A DNA stretch of 64,000 bases from a virus: the IMG/VR virus record IMGVR_UViG_3300025138_009100, positions 8,369 to 72,368 of that record. One strand, given 5' to 3'. Positions 39,081-46,882 of this stretch are shown here, piece after piece. The notes beneath the pieces are model-generated. The model did no database searches, was not told the DNA's origin, and was given only the letters and a program-made list of their open reading frames with translations. The stretch's first letter is position 1. Every line of letters begins with the position of its first letter. Made by a program: the position numbers and the translations under genes.

Positions 39081-39459
39081 TTATAGTGGAAGATTTGATA
39101 AAAAGATTTAAAGATCTAAGTAAGTCTTTTACTGACCCTATAGTAGATAGTGATAGGTTTTTACCAATTAATAAAGATGCATCTTCTTCTTTAATGATTC
39201 CGTTAATAACATTTTTGAAAAAACATCTTAACTCAACGCCAGATACCACAATAGAACCACCGGATCTTAGCTTACTGCAAATTTTAACCAATGATTCTTG
39301 CGAACTTGAAGTAGAGTCCAAAGTATTCTTGCTTATAATTAATTCGCACGAATTATTTGGTATATGGTCTAAGTTTAAACTTGAGTTTTGCTGGTTAACG
39401 ATAACTGTTTCAAATCCATCAATTTTTTGTGACTCGTCTTCTATTATTTGTAGTTTCAT
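39031..39459 (-). CDS. Degenerate methyltransferase-fold protein
   Basis: IPNNSCELIISKNTLD..LVKICSKLRSGGSIVV and C-terminal YEVTAER resemble Methyltransf_11-type proteins; no GxG SAM motif. Confidence 0.4.
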   Translation of the reverse strand: MKLQIIEDESQKIDGFETVIVNQQNSSLNLDHIPNNSCELIISKNTLDSTSSSQESLVKICSKLRSGGSIVVSGVELRCFFKNVINGIIKEEDASLLIGKNLSLSTIGSVKDLLRSLNLFIKSSTINGVVYEVTAERRAAVQ

Positions 39460-40442
39460 TTTTTCATCCTATATGCGAGGTCAAATGTTTCATTCCAATT
39501 ATTTATAAATGACTGCTCAGAAAATTTTTCTAGTATTGTTTCTCTGGCGCAGCTTCCTAGTTTTTTAGCAAGTTTGGAGTCTTCTAGCAACTGTTGAGTA
39601 TATTCTCTTAGTTCATCTTCATCGTTTGAAATAAAGCCGTTAACACCATTCTCAATGATTTCTGGGATCATACAAGTTGCGGTACTAACAATCGCACAGC
39701 CGCATGACATGGCTTCTAAGAGAGATGTAGGAACAGGACTAATAGTAGACGTATTTAGAAAGACAGACGCTTGCTGATACTCTGAGGCCAGTTCATGTAT
39801 ATCTTTTGCTGGCTCTGACAATCCGGGAGTATTACCCACAAGTCTTACCGGCAACTCGTTTGTAACTCTTTGCCAACCAGAATAGTTACAGCAGTAGTCT
39901 CTGTTTGCAAAATCATTAACAACACTAAGAACTTTTCCGTTTTTCTTTACGTCCGATGAAGTAAAAAGCTCTGTGTCAACTGAGTGGTGAATTACTTTGT
40001 TGTCACAATTTATATTCCACTCATTAACAGAATATTCCGAGATAAAAACATTAATATCTCCTCTCATCTGCCTAAACGCCTCTGTTTGTTGTTCAGGCCA
40101 ACTAGGAATGGGCAGTGTGTGTTCTAGAGAAAGGACTGGTAAACCAAGGGTTTGATTTATTCTTTGAGCCATTTGAAATTGACCAAACTTGCTATGAGAA
40201 AGTATGAAGTCAAAGTCAATACTTGTCATTATGGAATTTTTGGGCATACTATAGTAATTTTCTGGTCTTTCTGAATAGGTTGTATCCCATTCTTTTCCTC
40301 CTTCGTAATTAAACGCAAAGAAGTTATGACCAGTTTTAGCTTGCTGAAACTGGTATCGTTCGTGTGTGTCAAAAGTTAGTATATTGTATTTATCTTTCTT
40401 TTGTGTAGCGGTGCTTATTATAGACGCTGTTTGACTACTCAT
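39456..40442 (-). CDS. GT4-like glycosyltransferase
   Basis: HSVDTELF, VFLNTSTISPVPTSLLEAMSCGCAIVST, IENGVNG. Confidence 0.85.
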   Translation of the reverse strand: MSSQTASIISTATQKKDKYNILTFDTHERYQFQQAKTGHNFFAFNYEGGKEWDTTYSERPENYYSMPKNSIMTSIDFDFILSHSKFGQFQMAQRINQTLGLPVLSLEHTLPIPSWPEQQTEAFRQMRGDINVFISEYSVNEWNINCDNKVIHHSVDTELFTSSDVKKNGKVLSVVNDFANRDYCCNYSGWQRVTNELPVRLVGNTPGLSEPAKDIHELASEYQQASVFLNTSTISPVPTSLLEAMSCGCAIVSTATCMIPEIIENGVNGFISNDEDELREYTQQLLEDSKLAKKLGSCARETILEKFSEQSFINNWNETFDLAYRMKK

Positions 40443-41571
40443 TTATAATCTCCTTCATGCATTTTCCAATGTTCTCGTAAGAGTAGTTCTCTGCTCTTTT
40501 TAGTCCTGCTGCTTGATTTCTACTTTTATACATTATGGGATTATTTTTCCACGACTCAAAATACTTTCTCATTTGCTCTCGTATGTTTCTTTCACAGGGT
40601 TGGAACCAGTACTCTCTACCTGTAAATATATCTGGAAAGGCAGCGTCTGAGCATTTGCATACAGAAAAAACACCCCTAGCTAGGTGTCCTGTTCTCCAGC
40701 TAGACTTGTCGATAAATTCCTTTGGTCCACCAAAGTCGCTACAGATCGGGGTATTCCCAAAGCACATTGCGTCAAACGATGGTATTGACCAAGCTTCTCC
40801 GTGGCTTGGGCAGATAAAACAATCCATATGTTTATGAATTGCGAATATATCTTCGTCAGAAACTTCGTCAGAAATAATTACAAGCTTCTTATACTCAGTA
40901 ATATTGTCGTGCATTCTTAAAGAAGTCTTTACTTTTGAAGCTATAGCATCTACAAGTTTTGATGTCTGTTCTGGAGAATGTCCAAACTTTTTAACTTTTA
41001 AAATTAGATTTGCTTGCTCTGACTTGTCAAACTCACTGTAAAAACAAGTTATTATAGACTCTATGTTTTTTCTATCGTTTACGTCTCCGATATAATAAAA
41101 CTTAAAAGAATTCTCTGTATCTGGAATGCTAATATCTCTATACTGTTTCTTATATTTTTCCATTTTACATGTGTGCGGGACCACTTTTACAGATTCTATC
41201 CCCCCATCAACTAGGGTTTGTCGTGAGTCAATATTAGCAACCCAAACTTGATCAACCTGTTTAAGATGTTCCACCCAAGGTAAATGTTTAATACTTAAAG
41301 TTTCTGTTTCCATGAAGGCGATATTCTTCTTAAAACTATCAGACCCGACCAAGTGATGAGGTAGAACGTGTTGAATACAAATATCGCAATCTTCTGTAGT
41401 CTTTTTTTCTATCTCTAACAACCTTGGATCTATATTTTGCTTATCCTGCGTCAGTGTGACGTTTCTGCAAACAACATCTACACCAACCTTGTCGAGCGCT
41501 AAGATATTGTCCGTGGCAGCTTGCGCCCAGCCACCAAATTCTTTGTAGTGTCCTATGTATAGTACTTTCAT
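40435..41571 (-). CDS. GT4-like glycosyltransferase
   Basis: RKNIE, DCFICPSHGEAWSIPSFDAMCFG; start MKVLYIG at 41571. Confidence 0.85.
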   Translation of the reverse strand: MKVLYIGHYKEFGGWAQAATDNILALDKVGVDVVCRNVTLTQDKQNIDPRLLEIEKKTTEDCDICIQHVLPHHLVGSDSFKKNIAFMETETLSIKHLPWVEHLKQVDQVWVANIDSRQTLVDGGIESVKVVPHTCKMEKYKKQYRDISIPDTENSFKFYYIGDVNDRKNIESIITCFYSEFDKSEQANLILKVKKFGHSPEQTSKLVDAIASKVKTSLRMHDNITEYKKLVIISDEVSDEDIFAIHKHMDCFICPSHGEAWSIPSFDAMCFGNTPICSDFGGPKEFIDKSSWRTGHLARGVFSVCKCSDAAFPDIFTGREYWFQPCERNIREQMRKYFESWKNNPIMYKSRNQAAGLKRAENYSYENIGKCMKEIINE

Positions 41572-42206
41572 ATATTCATTGTCTCCAAGCAATTAGCATA
41601 CTCTTTGTAGATATGCTTATGTTTATCAAATGTTTCCTCATCCACAAACCAATCTTCTACAGGTCCGTATTCATTTAGGCATACATTAGCCCATAATAAT
41701 TTATATCCGTAGTCTGATAAGACCTTTCTGTAGTAAGTGTGTTCTTTTAATATATTCTTCTTATGTTCTTCTGATCCATCCTGAGTGCATTCCGGTAAAG
41801 ACTGGAACAGATTATGCTCTAATGTCAATACTTTGAATTTATATCTGTCAAAATCAAAATCGTTAAACACTTTTAATTGTGCGTCATCTACGTCTATAGA
41901 CAGATAATCAATTTCTTCTGGGCAATTGTAATCATCTAATACTTCATTTATATTTTTTTCTAGAAGGTCTACACACACGCAATCTGCTAATCTTAATTGA
42001 CTAGTTCTTGACCACCAATTAGTATCATAGTCAATAGCTATACCTTTCCAGTTTTTAAATGTCTCAAAATAATAGGTATTGCTATAAAAACCCGGAGTGT
42101 GGGTGGGGAGACCACCCGTTCCTGCGCCTATGTCAACAAAAAACCCTTCTGTTTTATTAACAATTTTGTCCACAAATATATCTTGACAAGCTTGCGCATT
42201 ATACAT
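41568..42206 (-). CDS. FkbM-like methyltransferase
   Basis: AQACQD, GFFVDIGAG, SNTYYFE...WKGIAID, IDYLSIDVD, LTLEHN, EDWFV. Confidence 0.8.
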   Translation of the reverse strand: MYNAQACQDIFVDKIVNKTEGFFVDIGAGTGGLPTHTPGFYSNTYYFETFKNWKGIAIDYDTNWWSRTSQLRLADCVCVDLLEKNINEVLDDYNCPEEIDYLSIDVDDAQLKVFNDFDFDRYKFKVLTLEHNLFQSLPECTQDGSEEHKKNILKEHTYYRKVLSDYGYKLLWANVCLNEYGPVEDWFVDEETFDKHKHIYKEYANCLETMNI

Positions 42207-43893
42207 TAGCCACCTGTTGACTCTGAGATAGCTGTTGTATCTTTTGCACTCTAGCTTGCTCCCAATGATTTCTTAAATCACACTGCATCTTCATTTGATC
42301 GTAAGCAACGTTAAAATTAAAGGGAGTTCTGTGGTTCTGGCCGTCGAAAGCGGCGGAAGACTCATTAAAATACATACCTCCAGTAGAAGAGGTACTTTGA
42401 TTGTAAATTAAGTCTCTTGTCATTCTAGATTCAAAGAAAGTATTTAGCTTACTTTGATCTCCTAATACGTTTGTTATTAGCCATTTTGAGAGATGGGAAT
42501 GATTTTCATTTCCTTTTATCTCAATTTTTTGAGCAGATTGATGTAGCTTTGGTTGAGATGCCCAACCCTTCTCGTAAGAAACTGGCTCTGTTTCATCAAA
42601 ATATTTTTCCCAAACAGAACCGCTCAGATGCCACTGGTAATATTCTTCAAACTGTTCTCTTGTATGTTCACCCTTGATATATCTCCATTCGTCTGATTTG
42701 CTGAAAAAATTCAAGAAATAGTTAGCAGCTTCTTGATTGTCTGGGACTGCGCGTAAACATCCAGTTTCTAACTCTTTATATAAAGCCGCTGGCTTGATGG
42801 GGTATCCGCCTAACTTCCTTAAAACACTTTCCATAGCAGAATAATCTGTTCCGCAGACGGGAACCCCACAAGCCGCAGCTTCTACTTGAGGTAGTCCAAA
42901 ACCCTCAGAGTTTGCATATTGAGTATATAGGTCAAAACAATTCATAACCTTTGCTAATTCTTCATAGCTTAATCCGTTCTTTACATTAGACAGCGTAGAA
43001 CCCCATTTGTCAGTATATGGAGACTGAGCTATAGCACCTTTAAAGGTTGATACGAATGATTTTTTTGTTTCTGGGCAGATATATGTAAACAACACGTTAG
43101 AAGCTAGTTCGTGTTGATGTAATAATTCTGGAATATCCCATCCCAAATCTGGATAAGATGTATGACAGTAGAGATAATATTTTTTATTCTCTGACTTATC
43201 TAAGAATAACTTGAACGCTTCAAACAAGTCCGGGTAAAGCTTACGTCTTTGGTTTCGCATGACCGTTCCGATAACTTTATACTCTGGGTCAATACCCATA
43301 GAAAGTTTATGCGCATCTTTATCTTCTACAGGTTTGTAGGCAGGATGAGCAGAAGGGGGCGAGCTACCTAAATAGTTAATTTTACCTCCAGATTGATCTT
43401 CTAAAACACCTCCAGCCCAATCAGAGTATGTTAAACACGCATCTGCGTTAGCGTAAGTGGCAATCCACTGTCTAGCTTGCGGTCTCGCATCTACTGTTGG
43501 CATTATAACCCATTTAAAGTAAGGTCTAAATGGTGAGCGTTCCGCAAAGTCTAACATCCAGAAGTCACGAATATCACAAACAAAATCTGGTAAGAAATCT
43601 AAACACACATGCTCAAAAGCCCATCCACCAAACTGATTTGTTGGGTTTGAGTTATAGGTATTGATTTCTTCTTCGGAAGATTTTGGTTCGCACTCTGTGT
43701 TAGGAGCTACTCCGTAGTATTTCCAAGGAATATTTGCTGCTCTAGGGTCATTCTTTTGACCGTAGGATGCCATCTCAGCAATTTCATACTTGCCAGTGCT
43801 GTGCAAATAGTTTAGGATTTCTCTAGTATAGGTTGCATACCCCGTGTTTAGAAAGGTAGCTTCGCTGCAAAACAAAATTCTTTTCTTTCTCAT
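42199..43893 (-). CDS. Large GT4-like glycosyltransferase
   Basis: TGYATYTRE, VMRNQRRKLYPDL, GWDI, ANSEGFGLPQVEAAACGVP. Confidence 0.88.
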   Translation of the reverse strand: MRKKRILFCSEATFLNTGYATYTREILNYLHSTGKYEIAEMASYGQKNDPRAANIPWKYYGVAPNTECEPKSSEEEINTYNSNPTNQFGGWAFEHVCLDFLPDFVCDIRDFWMLDFAERSPFRPYFKWVIMPTVDARPQARQWIATYANADACLTYSDWAGGVLEDQSGGKINYLGSSPPSAHPAYKPVEDKDAHKLSMGIDPEYKVIGTVMRNQRRKLYPDLFEAFKLFLDKSENKKYYLYCHTSYPDLGWDIPELLHQHELASNVLFTYICPETKKSFVSTFKGAIAQSPYTDKWGSTLSNVKNGLSYEELAKVMNCFDLYTQYANSEGFGLPQVEAAACGVPVCGTDYSAMESVLRKLGGYPIKPAALYKELETGCLRAVPDNQEAANYFLNFFSKSDEWRYIKGEHTREQFEEYYQWHLSGSVWEKYFDETEPVSYEKGWASQPKLHQSAQKIEIKGNENHSHLSKWLITNVLGDQSKLNTFFESRMTRDLIYNQSTSSTGGMYFNESSAAFDGQNHRTPFNFNVAYDQMKMQCDLRNHWEQARVQKIQQLSQSQQVANV

Positions 43894-43894
43894 C

Positions 43895-44215
43895 TTATTC
43901 CTTATCTAAACACCCAAAGTCAAATTCGTTAATTCTAAATAGAACATCGTCTCTAGCGTCTGTTTTCATGAAGCCGTTTCTAGCCGAAGCGTAGACGGTC
44001 ATTTTAGTTCCCTTCTTTCCTAGTTTAGCGATTGTTTCAGCGCCGCTAGCCCAAGCTTGTAGGGTGATAGTCGTTGGAACCTTTTTCTTTTCTCCACGCT
44101 TGTTCTTTCGGTATTCGTAAGTTACCATTTTTACGGTACAACAAGCTGGCCCATCTTCATCGCTATCTATCTGTGGGTCATGAAGTAGATACCCAGTAAA
44201 AGTGCAATTATTCAT
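43895..44215 (-). CDS. ssb: Short single-stranded DNA-binding protein (OB fold, no acidic tail)
   Basis: MNNCTFTGYL..DP, LQAWASGAETIAKLGKKG matches the SSB N-domain pattern. Confidence 0.65.
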   Translation of the reverse strand: MNNCTFTGYLLHDPQIDSDEDGPACCTVKMVTYEYRKNKRGEKKKVPTTITLQAWASGAETIAKLGKKGTKMTVYASARNGFMKTDARDDVLFRINEFDFGCLDKE

Positions 44216-44246
44216 AAATTTCTCCTGTCAAACTGTCTTACTTAAT

Positions 44247-44275
44247 ATTATAGTATATAAGAGTAAAAAAGTCAA
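44247..44275 (-). promoter_or_regulatory. Sigma70-type promoter TTGACT-N17-TATAAT upstream of ssb and the glycan cluster
   Basis: Near-consensus hexamers with 17-nt spacer; AGGAGA RBS before ATG 44215. Confidence 0.8.
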
Positions 44276-45838
44276 TTATATTTCATGTATTTTATTAATA
44301 ATAAACGAACCGTCTTTTTCTACCTCTCCGCAGAATAATAAATTAAGACCTTCGTCTAATATGTATTTAGTTTTCTCTGTAGTTTCTGGGAAAACTACCA
44401 CGTTATCAATAGAACATGTTTCATCTTCTAGTGTTAAAAAACACATGTCCTTACCCTTACTCTTTCCTTTCTTGCATTGATATTTTTGCAGCCTACTGAC
44501 GTTTGCTACTATGCAGATATCTTTACCGTGTTTTCCATTTAGTATTTCTTTGCAGCTAGTATTAGAGTGAGATGTGTCAGCCGCTTCTACTTTAGAAAGA
44601 GAAATGGGACACCCTAGAAACTTCTTCTCTTGTTCTACAATCCACTCTGGGTCGTCAGACAGCTCATAAGGAGGATTCTTTATAAAGAATGTCTCATTCT
44701 CAATAATCTGTTTTCTGTCTACCTTAGATGTTCCTCCACCCTCTTTCTTTGTCGGCGCTAAAGATTTAAAAGCATCGTGTAAACTTGTCCATTTTCTTAC
44801 GGGATAATTAACCGTTATCCATTTTAACTCTGCTTTTGTAAGATTCCTAAATATAAGGTACTCGTATAGCGCTTTGTTTCTCGTTACACCTGTAGACTTG
44901 GTGGAAAAGAATCCAACGGAACATAGAGCCTTAAAAGCTGTAGCGTTAATCTTAGGAGACAAGTAAATAAGAATGTCCAGCCAAGTTAATTGCTTTGGTT
45001 TCTTCTTTGTTTCTTGGCATCCTTCTGCTATTGCTGTAACAGTTTTCTCTCCGTTAACACCTGTTAAGGATTTAATATCTTTAAGTCCAAAGTAGACATT
45101 CTTCTTGTAAACACCGAACTCCTTGCTAAACAAACTTATGTTGGGTATCTTTACTTCTATATCAAATAACTTTGCTTCTGAGACAAGTTCGTATATTTCT
45201 TGATGTGGGTCTTGCTTCTCATTCGCATAGGTTAGGTATGACAGGAAGAACTCTTTAGTGTGGTTAGCTTTATACCAAGCGCTCTTATAAGAGTTATCTG
45301 CATAGCAGATAGCGTGAGATTTATTGAAAGAATATCTAGAAGACTTTTCAATCCAACCAAAGATTTCCTCGGCAGTCTCTACGTTTACAGTTCCTTGTTT
45401 CACACAACCCTCTAGGAAGTCTTTTCTTACTTTAGCCATAAGGTCTGCTTTTTTCTTTCCAATCGCTTTACGTAGCACGTCTGCTTCTTTTAAGTTAAAA
45501 CCGCCAAGCTCTTGGGCGATTCTCATGGATTGCTCTTGATAGATCAATACACCTTTGGTAGATTTTAATACCTCTGTTAGTGATTCATGTAAATACTTAA
45601 TCACATCTAGTCCGCTTTTTCTATCAACGTAGTGCTGAGTCATAGACTTACCATCTGTTATCGCTTTTAGCGATCCCGGTCTAATCAAAGCAATCAAGGC
45701 TCCAAGTTCTTCAAGGTTAGTAGGTTGTAGTCTTTTGGACCAAGCGCGACCAAGATTGCTTTCTAACTGAAAGACACCTTTAGTTCTACCTTCTTTAAAA
45801 AGATCCCAAGTCTTTTCATCATTATAATCAAAGATCAA
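44276..45838 (-). CDS. dnaE: DNA polymerase III alpha (DnaE), C-terminal part (fingers, HhH, OB)
   Basis: TKGVFQLES, ALIRPG, LIYQEQSM, AD.LRKAIGKKK, YSFNKSHA, EKKFLG, MCFLTLEDET..VVVFP; TTG start with GAGGT RBS. Confidence 0.9.
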   Translation of the reverse strand: MIFDYNDEKTWDLFKEGRTKGVFQLESNLGRAWSKRLQPTNLEELGALIALIRPGSLKAITDGKSMTQHYVDRKSGLDVIKYLHESLTEVLKSTKGVLIYQEQSMRIAQELGGFNLKEADVLRKAIGKKKADLMAKVRKDFLEGCVKQGTVNVETAEEIFGWIEKSSRYSFNKSHAICYADNSYKSAWYKANHTKEFFLSYLTYANEKQDPHQEIYELVSEAKLFDIEVKIPNISLFSKEFGVYKKNVYFGLKDIKSLTGVNGEKTVTAIAEGCQETKKKPKQLTWLDILIYLSPKINATAFKALCSVGFFSTKSTGVTRNKALYEYLIFRNLTKAELKWITVNYPVRKWTSLHDAFKSLAPTKKEGGGTSKVDRKQIIENETFFIKNPPYELSDDPEWIVEQEKKFLGCPISLSKVEAADTSHSNTSCKEILNGKHGKDICIVANVSRLQKYQCKKGKSKGKDMCFLTLEDETCSIDNVVVFPETTEKTKYILDEGLNLLFCGEVEKDGSFIINKIHEI

Positions 45839-46208
45839 TTTGTTTTACCTCATTCTTCAAATTAAATTTCAACTCTTCGTAACTCATTCCATACATAGGT
45901 TTTTTAGGTATGGGTCTTTTATTGTGAGTTTGTTCCATGTGACAATTATGACAGAGTATTCTGCATTTCAATATTTCATCTAGTAGTACGTCGTTAGAAT
46001 ACTTTTTACCATAGAGCATAAACATTCCACCCGCATGGTTCCTTTTAGAGCAACCGTTCTTTGTCATTTCATGTTTATCATTAGTGTTCAAATGATCAAA
46101 ACAAAGCGCTGATGGATGTTTATCATATCCGCAAATAGAACAACCATGAGACATTTTAAAAAGATTAATCCAATATCTTCTATGTTCTATGGTCTCTTTA
46201 TTGTTCAT
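45828..46208 (-). CDS. HNH endonuclease (free-standing, homing-type)
   Basis: CSICG..LCFDH...KCRILCHNCH. Confidence 0.8.
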   Translation of the reverse strand: MNNKETIEHRRYWINLFKMSHGCSICGYDKHPSALCFDHLNTNDKHEMTKNGCSKRNHAGGMFMLYGKKYSNDVLLDEILKCRILCHNCHMEQTHNKRPIPKKPMYGMSYEELKFNLKNEVKQIDL

Positions 46209-46882
46209 AGGTAAGTATTTCCATCTGCAAATGCTTTTTCAAGTTTTAGGTTTCTGTAAACAGCACGATGTGTCTTCATAAACTTAATCATTAGATTAGC
46301 CGTATCCTTAACGTCCTGTAGAGCATCGTGAGCATTCTCTGTTGACATGCCCATTCTGTCTCTAATCGCGTCCATACTCCTAGATTTTACACTAGGATCT
46401 CCCTCTGTCCACATATAATAGTTGTCCATCATGTCGATTTTATGAATTTGATGAAACAACTTCTGTCTTTGTCTCTGGTCGTCCCAAGGTCCATGTTCTT
46501 TACAAAGCCTATCTACAATAATCATATCGTATCCCAGAATATTATATCCCGCAGCAATAGGAGCGAAAAACGAAGTCCCCTTCCAGTTGTACTTGTCCAC
46601 GAAAGCGCAGAACTTTTTCCACACAACTTTTGGCTTGGGTGCTTTTGCTATTTCTTCTCTAGTTTGCCCCGTCACTTTAAGCGCACCTTCTTCTATTGGA
46701 CCCAGTCCTTTTTTAATAGCTTTATCGTCGTCCGTTTCAGCCCAGATTTTACTATTAAACTCACCCTTGAGTCTAAAATTTCTTCCGTCCAAAGCTATCG
46801 CTGCCAACTGAGTTGGTTGACATGTAACTGGATTTCTACCACCTGTCTCAAAGTCAAAAACAATTATATCACGGTTCGACAT
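46205..46882 (-). CDS. DEDDh 3'-5' exonuclease (DnaQ/epsilon-like)
   Basis: ExoI VFDFETGG, ExoII GYNILGYD, ExoIII AHDALQD. Confidence 0.88.
   Translation of the reverse strand: MSNRDIIVFDFETGGRNPVTCQPTQLAAIALDGRNFRLKGEFNSKIWAETDDDKAIKKGLGPIEEGALKVTGQTREEIAKAPKPKVVWKKFCAFVDKYNWKGTSFFAPIAAGYNILGYDMIIVDRLCKEHGPWDDQRQRQKLFHQIHKIDMMDNYYMWTEGDPSVKSRSMDAIRDRMGMSTENAHDALQDVKDTANLMIKFMKTHRAVYRNLKLEKAFADGNTYL

Noticed and set aside
22354-43893. DNA hypermodification (glycosylated base) pathway
   Set aside because: No dCMP/dUMP hydroxymethylase, TET/JBP-type dioxygenase or DNA-GT signature is seen; the dioxygenase is PhyH-type and the enzymes are nucleotide-sugar/glycan type. Not fully excluded without nucleoside analysis.
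22354-43893. Bacterial O-antigen/capsule locus (cellular contig)
   Set aside because: No wzx/wzy/wzz/ABC transporter or initiating transferase; embedded among phage-type replication and giant virion genes with phage-like gene packing.
45828-46882. Group I intron or split intein interrupting dnaE
   Set aside because: The intervening DNA is entirely coding with overlapping starts and stops, leaving no room for a ribozyme core. There are no intein block A (C-start) or HN-C terminal motifs on either fragment.
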